In this document: piece by piece, positions 28,601 to 38,818 of the stretch
How positions within the stretch are numbered: the stretch's first letter is position 1
How the letters are laid out: each line of letters begins with the position of its first letter
Sequence record: SRR20825006_1472
Direction: 5' to 3' (one strand)
Length of the DNA: 55,902 bases
Notes under the pieces: generated by a model
The model's input: the letters and a program-made list of their open reading frames with translations, nothing else
What the model was told of the DNA's origin: nothing
The model's database searches: none
Program-made: the position numbers and the translations under genes

Positions 28601-29452
28601 CTATCCCCGTGGTCGCATCAGATCGGTGATGCCGTCGCCCACCAGTGAGAAGCCCAACCCCGTCAACACGATGGCAATGCCCGGCATCAGGCTGAGCCAC
28701 CATGCGGTGGTGATGAAATTGCGCCCTTCAGCAATCAACACGCCCCACTCTGCCTGCGGCGGTTGCGCGCCCAAACCGAGATAGCCAAGGGACGAGCCGA
28801 GCAAAATGGCCAGCGCCATATCGGTCATCCAATACACAATCACCGGGGTGATGGCGTTGGGCAGCAAATGGCGGAAAATGATGCGGCGATCGGAATAGCC
28901 CATCACCTTACCCGCCGCTGCATAATCATTGGCCATCTGGCCCATAATTTCAGCCCGCATCAGCCGCGCATAATAGACCCAGCCCACAAGGGTGATCGCA
29001 ATGTACATATTGGTGAGCCCCGGCCCCAACACGGCGACCACCGCAATCACCAGCACCAAAAAGGGAAAGGTGATGATCGCATCGACGCAGCGGCCAAAAA
29101 TCATATCGGCCACGCCGCCATAATAGCCCACCAGCGCCCCAACAAAGATGCCGATGGCCAAGCAAAAGATGGTGGCGAACAGTGCCATTTGCATATTGAC
29201 CGAATAGGCCCAGATCACCCGAGAAAAAGTGTCTCGCCCCAAATTGTCGGTGCCGAACCAATGCAGCGCTGAAGGCGGTTGCTTGATCGCTGTGTAATCA
29301 AACACATTCGGATCGTAAGGCGCGAACAGATCTGGAAACAGCGCCAGCGAAATCGAACTGAGCAAGATAAAAAGGCCGAGCAAAAAGCTGGGGCGCTGAA
29401 GCGCCACCAATTGCGATTTACGCGGCAAGCGGAAAAGAAGTTTTTTGACCAT
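28601..29452 (-). CDS. Peptide ABC transporter permease (DppC-like)
   Basis: HWFGTDNLGRD, RHLLPN and GLGAQPPQAEWG. Confidence 0.9.
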   Translation of the reverse strand: MVKKLLFRLPRKSQLVALQRPSFLLGLFILLSSISLALFPDLFAPYDPNVFDYTAIKQPPSALHWFGTDNLGRDTFSRVIWAYSVNMQMALFATIFCLAIGIFVGALVGYYGGVADMIFGRCVDAIITFPFLVLVIAVVAVLGPGLTNMYIAITLVGWVYYARLMRAEIMGQMANDYAAAGKVMGYSDRRIIFRHLLPNAITPVIVYWMTDMALAILLGSSLGYLGLGAQPPQAEWGVLIAEGRNFITTAWWLSLMPGIAIVLTGLGFSLVGDGITDLMRPRG

Positions 29453-30394
29453 TTACGCCACCCGCAATCTGGGATCGAGCCAAGCCTGGATCATATCCGT
29501 GAGCAAAAAGATGATGGAGACGAGCACCGCGAAGGTGAGCGTAAGGCCCTGAATAAGCGGATAGTCGCGGGCAAAGATTGCATCGAGCATCAAACGACCA
29601 ACGCCCGGCACCGCAAACACAGTTTCGGTGACCAAGGTGCCGCTCATCAAATTGCCGATCGACAGGCCCAGCAGGGTCACTGTGGAGATCAGTGCATTGC
29701 GCAGCACATGGCGACCCAGAATAATCCGCTCCGGCAAGCCTTTAGCGCGGGCGAACTGCACATATTCGGCGTCTACCACTTCAATCACCGAAGAACGCAA
29801 ATTACGCATGATGATTGCCGAAGTGTAAAGCGCCACAGTGAGCGCGGGTAAAAGCAGATGATACATATGTTCAAGGAAAGTCGTGCCATATCCGCCCACT
29901 GGAAACCACCGCATGCGCGCCGCCAAAAAGGTGAGCAACAGCAAGCCGATATAAAAAACCGGGGTGGATAGCCCCACCTGAAAGATGGAGCGAATGCTGG
30001 TATCGACCCATGTGTTGCGGTTCAACGCAGCAACAAAGGCCAACGGCCCGGCGATCAACAAAGAGAACAGCACCGCATAAAGCGTAAGAAACCCCGATGC
30101 GGGCAAGCGCTCAATAATCACTTGGGTAACCGGCGCTTTCAGCAAGATGGAGTCGCCCAAATTGCCGGTGAAGACATTTTTGACAAAGATGCCAAATTGC
30201 ACCCAAAGCGGTTGGTCTAGCCCCAAACGCTGGCGGATTTGTTCGAGCTGTTCGGCGGTGGCTTTTGCATCGGCCATAGCAATAGCCGGGTCGCCCGGCA
30301 AGGCGCGCACCAGCAAAAAGATGATCACCATCACGATCAAAAAGGTCGGGATGATTTGCAGCAACCGCGAAAAGAAATAGGAAATGGTCGACAT
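29453..30394 (-). CDS. Peptide ABC transporter permease (DppB-like)
   Basis: LPGDPA, GLDQPL, YVQFARAKGL, ETVF..PG.GR and RDYP; start placed at MSTIS. Confidence 0.9.
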   Translation of the reverse strand: MSTISYFFSRLLQIIPTFLIVMVIIFLLVRALPGDPAIAMADAKATAEQLEQIRQRLGLDQPLWVQFGIFVKNVFTGNLGDSILLKAPVTQVIIERLPASGFLTLYAVLFSLLIAGPLAFVAALNRNTWVDTSIRSIFQVGLSTPVFYIGLLLLTFLAARMRWFPVGGYGTTFLEHMYHLLLPALTVALYTSAIIMRNLRSSVIEVVDAEYVQFARAKGLPERIILGRHVLRNALISTVTLLGLSIGNLMSGTLVTETVFAVPGVGRLMLDAIFARDYPLIQGLTLTFAVLVSIIFLLTDMIQAWLDPRLRVA

Positions 30395-30479
30395 AGCTGT
30401 TCTCAAAGAACATGTGAGCGCCGAAGCGCCCACATGCCAAGGTTAGGGTCAGGTGGATAAAGACCCATGGGAGGAGGCC

Positions 30480-32060
30480 TTAACGTTCGATCCAGGTGGA
30501 TGCGAACTCATTATTGCCCAATGGGGTTTGCACATAGCCCTGCACATCTGAAGACAAGGCAACCGCAAACGGTGTTTCATACATAAAGAGCAATGGCGCG
30601 GCTTCATTGTAGATTTCCTGCATCCGCGCATATTGCTCGGCGCGTTTTGCCGGATCCATCTCCACATTGGAGGCTTCATATAGGCTGTTGAACTCTTCAT
30701 TGTTCCAGCCTGTGCCCACAGCTTTTGCCGTTGGGTAATAGCCCAACCAACCTGCTACCTGCGCCGGATCGTTCACATCATTCACCCAGCCATAGGTGTG
30801 AATATCGAACTCGCCCGAGCGGTTTTTGGCGCCGCGGGTGGGCCCATCAACCTGCTCCACATTCAGATCAATGCCGATCTGCGACCACATTTGCTGCAAG
30901 GCGCTCAAAATGATCGCATCGTCAGCTGAGCCCGCCAGGATGGTCAGCGTCAATTCGGTGCCGTCCGGCACGCCCGCCTCGGCAATCAGCGCTTTCGCTT
31001 TGTCCAGATCATATTGATAGATCGGACCATTATCAGTGGCCAATTGGGTGGTGGAGGCCATCAAGCCAGATGAAACCGGCTTGCCCGCCCCTTGCAGCAC
31101 CAATTGCACCAAAGCGTCCTTATTGGTGGCATAGTTCAGCGCTTGGCGCAGCTTTATATCTGCCAGCGGATTGGCAGAACCATCGGCGCGAGTTTCGCGG
31201 GTATTGATCGGCGAATAGATAATGCGAGTGGATGGGAACAGCTCCATATTGATGTTCTCATCTGCTTCCAATTCACCGACACGCGCAAATGGAATAAATT
31301 CAGCCGCATCTACTTCCCCCGCCTGCAGCTTCAAAATGCGGGTCGCATCATCGGGGATCACAAGGAAGTTGATGCCATCCATATAAGGCAAGGGCTGTCC
31401 GTCTTCACCCTCGCGCCAATAATGCGGGTTTGCGCCAAATTGCATCAAGGTGCCACGCTGATGGGATTTCATCATGAAGGGACCGGAGCCCACAAAACCA
31501 TCAATCGCGATGCTTTGGGCTTTTTCCTGATCCGTTTCGCCGCTCGCGGCTTCAAACGCATCAGCGGAAACAATGGCGGTGTTGAACGTGGCCAACATCA
31601 ACACAATGGTTGGATCTGGCTGGTTCAGACTGATGGTAATCTGGTTGCCATCAGCGGTCACCTCTTCAATGGAGCTAAGCAACCCGGCCCATGGGCTGAG
31701 GTCTGCATCCGATGCACGTGTGAGCGAGAAGACAACATCTTTGCCCTCAATCGGCGTGCCATCAGAGAACATGATGCCATCACGAAGGGTCAGCGTCACA
31801 CTTTGCCCGTCTTCGGCCACATCATAGCTTTCGGCCAAGCCAGAGGTCACGGTTTTGCCGTCCGCCTCGGTGCGCAACAAGGTGTCGTACAGGTTGGTGA
31901 CCATCCAAATATCTGGATTGCGGTCAGCGTAAATCGGGTCGATCAGCGTGGAATCATCATAGCGCGCAAAGGTCAAAGACCCGCCGCGTTCAATGGCCAT
32001 GCTGGGCACTGCTGAAAACATTGCGGCGGCAGCTACAGTCGCCATCAATAGTTTTTTCAT
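30480..32060 (-). CDS. Peptide ABC transporter substrate-binding protein (family 5)
   Basis: Signal peptide MKKLLMATV after GGAGG; LRDGIMFSDGTP, GSGPF and LRQALNYA. Confidence 0.9.
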   Translation of the reverse strand: MKKLLMATVAAAAMFSAVPSMAIERGGSLTFARYDDSTLIDPIYADRNPDIWMVTNLYDTLLRTEADGKTVTSGLAESYDVAEDGQSVTLTLRDGIMFSDGTPIEGKDVVFSLTRASDADLSPWAGLLSSIEEVTADGNQITISLNQPDPTIVLMLATFNTAIVSADAFEAASGETDQEKAQSIAIDGFVGSGPFMMKSHQRGTLMQFGANPHYWREGEDGQPLPYMDGINFLVIPDDATRILKLQAGEVDAAEFIPFARVGELEADENINMELFPSTRIIYSPINTRETRADGSANPLADIKLRQALNYATNKDALVQLVLQGAGKPVSSGLMASTTQLATDNGPIYQYDLDKAKALIAEAGVPDGTELTLTILAGSADDAIILSALQQMWSQIGIDLNVEQVDGPTRGAKNRSGEFDIHTYGWVNDVNDPAQVAGWLGYYPTAKAVGTGWNNEEFNSLYEASNVEMDPAKRAEQYARMQEIYNEAAPLLFMYETPFAVALSSDVQGYVQTPLGNNEFASTWIER

Positions 32061-32135
32061 CCTAGTTTCCTCCCTCAGAGATGAATTTTGCACTATTGCA
32101 GATTGTATCCAATCCAAACTGCTATCTGATTTTAA

Positions 32136-32171
32136 TTTAGTCAAGCTAAAATTTATTTTAGTAAAACTTAA
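32136..32171. promoter_or_regulatory. Tandem palindromic operators between dppA and the XRE regulator
   Basis: TTTAG-TCAAG-CTAAA (32136-32150) and TTTAG-TAAAA-CTTAA (32157-32171), 21 bp apart. Confidence 0.5.
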
Positions 32172-32247
32172 GGGGTTGTGTTTGCGCGCGCAGCCATGCA
32201 CATTGGCGCATCGATTTATTTACGCCGATGTTTGAAAGGCCTGTCCC

Positions 32248-32820
32248 GTGCAAGATGCCCGCCCTGAACCCAGCAATGAAGAAATTGGCTTTGCCATCAG
32301 GCGGCGGCGCAAGGCGCTGGGCAAAACACTGGTGGAAGTGGCCGAGGCAACCGAGCTGACGGTTGGTTTTATCTCACAAGTGGAGCGCGGCATCAGCGCG
32401 CCCTCCCTCTCCTCATTCATGCGGATTGCGCGGGTGCTCAACACCTCAATTGAGCAATTGCTAAATGTGAGCGAGCCGTTTGAACCGCTTACCAAAGCCG
32501 AGCACCGCCAAAGCTACAGCTTGGGCGAAAATGGACGCTGGTATGAAAAACTGGGGCCGGGCTTTTCCGGCGCGTTGTTTTACCCCTGCATCATTCACCG
32601 CCCGCCCGGGCATGTGGCGGAGATGATGCAACATAAAGGCGAAGTGTTTTGCTATTTGATTTCCGGCGAGCTGGAATATCATCTGGGCGACAAGGTTTTT
32701 GAAATGAAACCCGGCGACACGATCCATCACGACACCAGTGAGAAGCACTTTTCTAAAGTCGTGAGTGATGAGGAAAGTGTCGAACTTTGGGTGAGTTCTC
32801 ACCCCATGACCAGCCATTAA
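32248..32820 (+). CDS. XRE-family HTH plus cupin regulator
   Basis: IRRRRK..TL.EVA..GFISQVERG..PS HTH; C-terminal H.GE..G.L..PGD cupin. Confidence 0.88.
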   Translation: MQDARPEPSNEEIGFAIRRRRKALGKTLVEVAEATELTVGFISQVERGISAPSLSSFMRIARVLNTSIEQLLNVSEPFEPLTKAEHRQSYSLGENGRWYEKLGPGFSGALFYPCIIHRPPGHVAEMMQHKGEVFCYLISGELEYHLGDKVFEMKPGDTIHHDTSEKHFSKVVSDEESVELWVSSHPMTSH

Positions 32821-32850
32821 GTCTTGAAATCAAAACACCCACAAAACAGA

Positions 32851-32887
32851 TTGACCGATCCAAATATATCAATTATTCATGATATAT
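32851..32887 (+). promoter_or_regulatory. ars promoter with ArsR operator
   Basis: TTGACC-17-TATTCA; inverted repeat ATATATCA-N8-TGATATAT at 32864-32887. Confidence 0.6.
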
Positions 32888-33236
32888 GGATATGTCACAA
32901 TCAACCCAGGCATTCGCCGCCCTCAGCCAAGCCACACGGCTTGAAGTGTTCCGCCTGCTGGTGAAAGCCGGCGCGGATGGTCTTATGGCCGGGGAAATCG
33001 GCGAAAAACTGCAAGTCAAACAAAACACCATGTCGGCTAACCTTTCCGTGTTGCTGAATGCGGGCTTGGTGAAAAACAAGCGCGAGGGCCGCACCATTCG
33101 CTATTATGCGGATATGGACGGGGTCACCGCCATGCTTTCCTTTTTGCTGGAAGATTGTTGCGGCGGCCAGCCGCAATTGTGCCAGCCATTTATTCAACAA
33201 ATCACCTGTTCAACGGAAAATTGTAATGACGCGTAA
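32886..33236 (+). CDS. arsR: ArsR-family repressor
   Basis: ALSQATRLEVFRLL, REGRTIRY and C-terminal CCGGQPQLC As(III)-binding cysteines. Confidence 0.92.
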   Translation: MDMSQSTQAFAALSQATRLEVFRLLVKAGADGLMAGEIGEKLQVKQNTMSANLSVLLNAGLVKNKREGRTIRYYADMDGVTAMLSFLLEDCCGGQPQLCQPFIQQITCSTENCNDA

Positions 33237-33732
33237 AGCTGCTCACATTCTCATTCTGTGCACGGGCAATTCTGCCCGTTCTATTTTGGCCGAGGGGCTG
33301 ATCAACCATCTTGGCGCGCCAGATTTTGTTGCCTATTCTGCCGGGTCACAGCCCAAAGGCGAGCCACACCCACAGGCGTTGAAAACGCTGGAAAAGCATA
33401 AGATCGACACTGGCTTTGCCCGATCTAAAAGCTGGGACGAGTTTGCCGGAGCCGATGCGCCAGCGCTCGATTATATCATCACGGTTTGCGACAATTCGGC
33501 GGGCGAAACCTGCCCTATTTGGCCCGGCAAACCAACCACAGCTCATTGGGGCATTCCGGATCCCGCCGACGTCACCGCGCCGCAGGCGGCGGTGGAAGCT
33601 GCATTTGATCTGGCCTATGCCCAATTGCACGCGCGCATTTCGCGCTTCTTGGCACTACCATTCGATCAGCTCGACCCTACTGCCTTAAAACAAGAAATGA
33701 TGGCCATCGGTCAAATGGAAGAGGTGGCCTAA
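33226..33732 (+). CDS. arsC: Arsenate reductase, LMW-PTP fold
   Basis: LCTGNSARS, TVCD, CP.WPG and HWG.PDP; start placed at MTRK. Confidence 0.9.
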   Translation: MTRKAAHILILCTGNSARSILAEGLINHLGAPDFVAYSAGSQPKGEPHPQALKTLEKHKIDTGFARSKSWDEFAGADAPALDYIITVCDNSAGETCPIWPGKPTTAHWGIPDPADVTAPQAAVEAAFDLAYAQLHARISRFLALPFDQLDPTALKQEMMAIGQMEEVA

Positions 33733-34794
33733 ATGTCTACACAAGAGCAAAACACCGCTGCCCCGGGCGGCATCGGAACATTTGAAAAATATCTCTCCAT
33801 CTGGGTGGCCCTCGCCATCATTGTCGGCATTGGCCTTGGGCAAGTGATGCCCGGATTGGTGCAATTTTTGGCACAGCTGGAAGTCGCGAAGGTTAATCTG
33901 CCAGTCGCAATTTTGATTTGGGCGATGGTCTATCCGATGATGGTATCGGTCGATTTCAGCTCCATCAAAGATGTGGCGAAAGAACCGAAAGGCTTAGCGA
34001 TCACGTTGGTGGTAAACTGGCTGATCAAGCCCTTCACCATGGCGATTTTGGGCGTTGCCTTTTTCAAATATATTTTTGCCGCCTTCATCACCCCTGCCGA
34101 AGCCGACAGCTATATAGCCGGGCTGATTTTGTTGGGCGCCGCCCCCTGCACCGCCATGGTGTTTGTCTGGTCGCACCTCACCAAAGGCGATGCGAATTAC
34201 ACGCTGGTGCAAGTCAGCGTCAATGACCTCATCATGATCTTCGCCTATGCCCCCATCGTGGCAGTGCTGTTGGGCGTCACCAACATTCCCGTGCCGTGGG
34301 ACACGCTGGTGTTGAGCGTGGTGCTTTATGTGCTGGTGCCGCTTGTGGCGGGTTATCTCACCCGCAAAGCGCTGATCGCCCGCGCCCACAATGTCGCCGC
34401 CGTCGATGAGTTCACCGCCAAACTTAAGCCCGCTTCCATCGCTGGGCTGTTGGCCACCGTGGTGCTGTTGTTCGGTTTTCAAGGCGAAATCATCCTCGCC
34501 AATCCGCTGCTGATCTTGTTGATCGCCATTCCGTTGTTGCTGCAATCCTATGGCATTTTTGCGGTGGCCTATTTGGCCGCGTGGAAAATGAAAGTGCCGT
34601 TCCGCATCGCCGCCCCTTGCGCCCTAATCGGCACCTCCAACTTTTTTGAGTTGGCAGTCGCGGTTGCCATCGGCCTGTTTGGCCTCAATTCCGGCGCAGC
34701 GCTGGCAACGGTGGTCGGCGTGTTGGTGGAAGTGCCTGTGATGTTATCGCTGGTGGCCCTGGCCAACCGCACCAAGCAACATTTCCCCGGATAG
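33733..34794 (+). CDS. acr3: Arsenite efflux pump, ACR3 family
   Basis: [29 protein letters not shown] and VEVPVML. Confidence 0.93.
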   Translation: MSTQEQNTAAPGGIGTFEKYLSIWVALAIIVGIGLGQVMPGLVQFLAQLEVAKVNLPVAILIWAMVYPMMVSVDFSSIKDVAKEPKGLAITLVVNWLIKPFTMAILGVAFFKYIFAAFITPAEADSYIAGLILLGAAPCTAMVFVWSHLTKGDANYTLVQVSVNDLIMIFAYAPIVAVLLGVTNIPVPWDTLVLSVVLYVLVPLVAGYLTRKALIARAHNVAAVDEFTAKLKPASIAGLLATVVLLFGFQGEIILANPLLILLIAIPLLLQSYGIFAVAYLAAWKMKVPFRIAAPCALIGTSNFFELAVAVAIGLFGLNSGAALATVVGVLVEVPVMLSLVALANRTKQHFPG

Positions 34795-34801
34795 CAAAAC
34801 C

Positions 34802-35524
34802 ATGACGGACCAAAAATCTGATATGCCCAATCTGGTCGCCGACCAGTTGCACCCGATTGACCACAGCCAATTGTTCGCGGCGCAACCCGCCCATCCCGTG
34901 CGCGTGTTGATGCTCTATGGCTCTTTGCGCAAACGGTCCTTCTCACGGCTTTTGACCGAAGAAGCCGCGCGAATTTTGGAAGCTTTGGGCGCTGAGGTGA
35001 AACTCTTCAACCCAAAGGGCCTGCCCTTAGTGGATGAAGACAATGTCGAGGACGAAAAAGTGCAAGAACTGCGCGAGCTGTCGCTCTGGTCAGAAGCGCA
35101 AGTCTGGTGTTCGCCGGAACGGCACGGCAATATGACCGGGCTGATGAAAACCCAGATCGACTGGCTGCCCCTCGCCCCCATCGGCGGCGTGCGCCCCACT
35201 CAAGGCCGCACCTTGGCTTTAATGCAAGTTTGCGGCGGCTCACAAAGCTTCAACACCGTCAATCAAATGCGAGTGCTGGGCCGATGGATGCGCATGATCA
35301 CCATCCCTAACCAGTCCTCGGTCCCCAAAGCCTTCAACGAATTTGACGAGGCGGGCCGCATGTTCCCCTCCCCTTATTACAATCGGGTCGTGGACGTGAT
35401 GGAAGAATTGATGAAGTTCACCCTCCTCACCCGCGGCACTGCCGACTATCTGGTGGACCGTTATTCCGAGCGCGTGGAAAGTCGCGAGGAGCTTTCTAAG
35501 CGAGTGAATATGAAAGCAATATAG
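34802..35524 (+). CDS. arsH: Organoarsenical oxidase ArsH
   Basis: [28 protein letters not shown] and YLVDRYSER. Confidence 0.94.
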   Translation: MTDQKSDMPNLVADQLHPIDHSQLFAAQPAHPVRVLMLYGSLRKRSFSRLLTEEAARILEALGAEVKLFNPKGLPLVDEDNVEDEKVQELRELSLWSEAQVWCSPERHGNMTGLMKTQIDWLPLAPIGGVRPTQGRTLALMQVCGGSQSFNTVNQMRVLGRWMRMITIPNQSSVPKAFNEFDEAGRMFPSPYYNRVVDVMEELMKFTLLTRGTADYLVDRYSERVESREELSKRVNMKAI

Positions 35525-35525
35525 C

Positions 35526-36497
35526 CTACTGCCCCGCCTGCGGCCAAGCCGACAGATCGGGTTGGATTGCATCCAGCTTTTTCATTTCGGCAAATATCTG
35601 CTCGCGGACCCAGCGGTGGGCGGGGTTGTTGGTGGAGCGTTTGTGCCAGACGCCGACAATTTTGACGACGGGGATATGCATGGGCGGCACGAAGATGTCG
35701 AGCTGCATCTGATCGGCCCATTTTTGGCCCAGCTGCCAGGGGATTAGTGCGACCATATCGCTTTCGCTGACCACGCGACACACGCCGGAGAATACCTGCA
35801 AGGTCATGCCCACTTTTCGCGTGCGGCCAAGTTTTGCTAAAGCGGCATCGCCCATGGCGGACGAGTTGCCTTCTGGGGAAAACAGCGCATGGCGCAGGCC
35901 GCAGAATAAATCCAGCGGCATCATTTCGCCTGCTTTGATGTTGGCTTTTTGAAGCGCAGGGTGATTTCGTCTTGCGATCACGGCAAAAGCTGAGTGAAAC
36001 AGAAACTCTTTCTCCGCCCAATTGCCCACGGGCTCATCCGGGATTAATGCCAAATCGGAACTGCCCTGCTCCACCGTTTGAATATAGCGATGGGGCACCA
36101 AATCGATCAGTTTGGGCTGGATGTTTGGTGCAGCGCTTGCCATGTCGTTGGCGAGGATTGGCATCAAAAGTTCTGCGAAAAAATCAGATGCGGCGATGCG
36201 GAAGTCCATATGCTCTGCCGCCGGGTCAAATGATTTTGGCTGTGCGAACAGGGTTTCAAGCCGATCCATTTCCTCCCGCAAGGGTAACGCAATTTTTTGC
36301 GCATAGTCGGTGGGCACCAAACGGTTGCCCCGGCGAATAAACAATTGATCATCAAGCGTGTGGCGCAAGCGCGAAAGCGCACTGGACACTGCGGATTGCG
36401 ACAAGTTCAGTTTTTGTGCCGCCTTCACCGTTGATTGCTCGCGCAACAACGCGTCCAACACCCGCATCAAGTTCAGATCAAAAGTAGCGAAATTCAT
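35526..36497 (-). CDS. LysR-family regulator
   Basis: FDLNLMRVLDALL..AA..LSQSAVS.AL.RLR HTH; divergent from the 36602-37803 genes. Confidence 0.9.
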   Translation of the reverse strand: MNFATFDLNLMRVLDALLREQSTVKAAQKLNLSQSAVSSALSRLRHTLDDQLFIRRGNRLVPTDYAQKIALPLREEMDRLETLFAQPKSFDPAAEHMDFRIAASDFFAELLMPILANDMASAAPNIQPKLIDLVPHRYIQTVEQGSSDLALIPDEPVGNWAEKEFLFHSAFAVIARRNHPALQKANIKAGEMMPLDLFCGLRHALFSPEGNSSAMGDAALAKLGRTRKVGMTLQVFSGVCRVVSESDMVALIPWQLGQKWADQMQLDIFVPPMHIPVVKIVGVWHKRSTNNPAHRWVREQIFAEMKKLDAIQPDLSAWPQAGQ

Positions 36498-36601
36498 CTG
36501 ATCAATAACCCAAATAAGCAAAATCAATTTGGCTTATTTTAGCGCCAGTTTTATCAATTGAGCAATGGGAGAGCTCTGGTTCAGAAAATGGAGGAGGAAG
36601 A

Positions 36602-36979
36602 ATGAGAGATTTATCAAAATGGTTTTTTGCCGCAGGCGCGCTTTGTGCGTTGGCGGGCATGGCGTGGGGCATTCAAATGTCTGCCACCCACGATCACACT
36701 TTGTCGCCTGCCCATGGGCATTTGAACTTAATCGGTTTCGTCACGCTGACAATTTACGGCATTTATTACGCCCTTACGCCTGACGCCGCCCAATCGAAAC
36801 TTGCGCCAATCCATTTGGGCATCAGCCTATTGGCCGTGATCATTTTGGTGCCCGGCATCGCCATGGCCATCAGTGGCGCGGGGGAAACATTGGCCAAGGT
36901 GGGGTCAATTGTCACCATTGCCACAATGGGCCTATTCATCTTTATGATCCTGCGCCATGGTGTGGGCGTAAAGCAATAA
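36602..36979 (+). CDS. Small four-TM membrane protein
   Basis: GGAGGA RBS, AHGHLNLIGF motif, hydrophobic helices. Confidence 0.7.
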   Translation: MRDLSKWFFAAGALCALAGMAWGIQMSATHDHTLSPAHGHLNLIGFVTLTIYGIYYALTPDAAQSKLAPIHLGISLLAVIILVPGIAMAISGAGETLAKVGSIVTIATMGLFIFMILRHGVGVKQ

Positions 36980-37002
36980 ACCAACTGAAAAGGACAAACA
37001 TT

Positions 37003-37803
37003 ATGAGCCAAAAAATTAAAGTGTATCACATCCCCGTTTGTCCTTTTTCACAACGGCTTGAAATCTTGCTGGCGCTTAAAGGTCAGCAAGATGCCGTTGA
37101 GTTCCATGTGGTGGACATCACCAAACCGCGTGACCCGGAATTGCTGGCCAAAACCCGCGGCACCACCTCCCTCCCCGTTTTGGAAACGGCGGATGGGGAC
37201 ATTTTGAAAGAAAGCCTCGTCATCCTGCGTTATCTGGACGAGGTGATTGGGGACAAGCCGGTTCGCCAGCAAGACCCAATGCGCCATGCGGTTGAAAATA
37301 TGCTGATTGCCTTTGAAGGGCCGCTGACCATGAGCGGCTATATGATGGTGATGAACCAAAAGCCTGACGAGCGGCAATCCTATGTCGATAAAATGCTCAA
37401 CCATTATCGCACGTTGAACGATTTTCTGGCGCATCACAGCCCCAACAACACCTTCCTATTCGAAGAGTTTGGGTTGGCAGAAGCGGTCTACACGCCGCTC
37501 TTTATGCGGTTTTGGTTCTTGGATTATTATGAAGATTTCGACATTCCGCAAACCGAAGAATTTGCGCGGCTGTTGAAATGGCGCAATGCCTGCCTGGCGC
37601 ATGATGCGGCACAACAGGTCAGCCGCGAAGAGATCGTCAAACTTTATTATGATTACGCCTTGGGTGCCGGCAATGGGGCACTGCTTGAGGGCCGCGCAAA
37701 ATCAAGCTTTGTATTTAGCCCGGATTGGCGCGAACGTCCGTGGCCACCAAAAGATAAATACAACCAGACCGCAAGCGATCAGGAACTGGGCTTAGCCAGT
37801 TAG
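37003..37803 (+). CDS. Glutathione S-transferase family protein
   Basis: CPFSQR, LPVLE and ESLVILRYL GST N-domain motifs. Confidence 0.85.
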   Translation: MSQKIKVYHIPVCPFSQRLEILLALKGQQDAVEFHVVDITKPRDPELLAKTRGTTSLPVLETADGDILKESLVILRYLDEVIGDKPVRQQDPMRHAVENMLIAFEGPLTMSGYMMVMNQKPDERQSYVDKMLNHYRTLNDFLAHHSPNNTFLFEEFGLAEAVYTPLFMRFWFLDYYEDFDIPQTEEFARLLKWRNACLAHDAAQQVSREEIVKLYYDYALGAGNGALLEGRAKSSFVFSPDWRERPWPPKDKYNQTASDQELGLAS

Positions 37804-37804
37804 G

Positions 37805-38713
37805 CTATTGCTTTAACAATTTAGCCGCTTCATCTGATAAAAGTTGCGCCAGCACAGTGCCTTTCTGGCTAGCGGCGCTGCGGTGTGGCTCAACCAGCGC
37901 AATGTTGCGGAAGGCGCGATCTACTTTAATCCGGCGCAATTGCACGTCGGTTCCCCGCTGCGCCTCCGTCTTGGTGTAAATTTCGGGCAAAATGGCCACC
38001 CCAACCCCGGCGGCGGCCATAGCGCGGATCGCGTCCAAACTGGTGCCCTCATATTCATCGGATAGATATCCGCCCACTTGCCCGGCCAACCCAGCCACGA
38101 TGTGAGACAAGCGGTGCTGCGGACCCAAAGTCAAAAAGGTGCGGTTCGCCAGTTTTGATAATTCAATGGGCTTGTTGCTACGGGCCAACGGATCGTCCTG
38201 TGCCAAAGCCGCCCATAAATGCTCTTTAAAAAGATGGGTGGCCATGCCCGAAGCGTGATCTTCCGGCGTTGAGATAATCATATCCAACCGGCCCGACCGC
38301 AAGCCTTCATCCAGATCGCGCGTGCTTTCTTCGCGCACCACCAACCGCAAATCTTGATAATCTGAGTGCAAGCGCTTCACCACATTGGGCAACAGATAGG
38401 GGCTGATTGAGGGCAAAACGCCAAGGCGCAACCGCCCTTGGAACGCACTCACCCCGCTTGCTGCCGCACGTAAATCCGCCATGTCCCGCAAAATCAATCG
38501 CGCCCGCCGCACAATTTCGCGCCCCTCATTTGTGGGTGTTGCGCCCCGCCGATCCCGGTGAAAAAGCGCAACGCCCAAATCCGCTTCAACCTCCGCCAAT
38601 TGGGCTGAAAGGCTGGGTTGGCTTACGTTCAACTTGGCCGCCGCCGCGCCGATGCGACCAATATCAGCCACGGTCACAATATATTCCAACTGACGGATAG
38701 TTGGTCTAATCAT
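37805..38713 (-). CDS. LysR-family regulator (OxyR/CynR-like branch)
   Basis: TIRQLEY..AA..LNVSQPSLS.Q..E..LG HTH, LRLGVLPSI.PYLLP; lacks the OxyR redox cysteines. Confidence 0.88.
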   Translation of the reverse strand: MIRPTIRQLEYIVTVADIGRIGAAAAKLNVSQPSLSAQLAEVEADLGVALFHRDRRGATPTNEGREIVRRARLILRDMADLRAAASGVSAFQGRLRLGVLPSISPYLLPNVVKRLHSDYQDLRLVVREESTRDLDEGLRSGRLDMIISTPEDHASGMATHLFKEHLWAALAQDDPLARSNKPIELSKLANRTFLTLGPQHRLSHIVAGLAGQVGGYLSDEYEGTSLDAIRAMAAAGVGVAILPEIYTKTEAQRGTDVQLRRIKVDRAFRNIALVEPHRSAASQKGTVLAQLLSDEAAKLLKQ

Positions 38714-38818
38714 AGTCTGATCCTATGTTTATTAGCGATTATATATATTTGAAATTATATCGAGAGTCCGTCAAGAGCTGTGCCGATTTAGTTCGGCACG
38801 GTCTTGAAAGGAGTTTCG

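Noticed and set aside
37805-38713. oxyR assignment
   Set aside because: The translated protein has no cysteines, so it lacks the redox pair that defines OxyR
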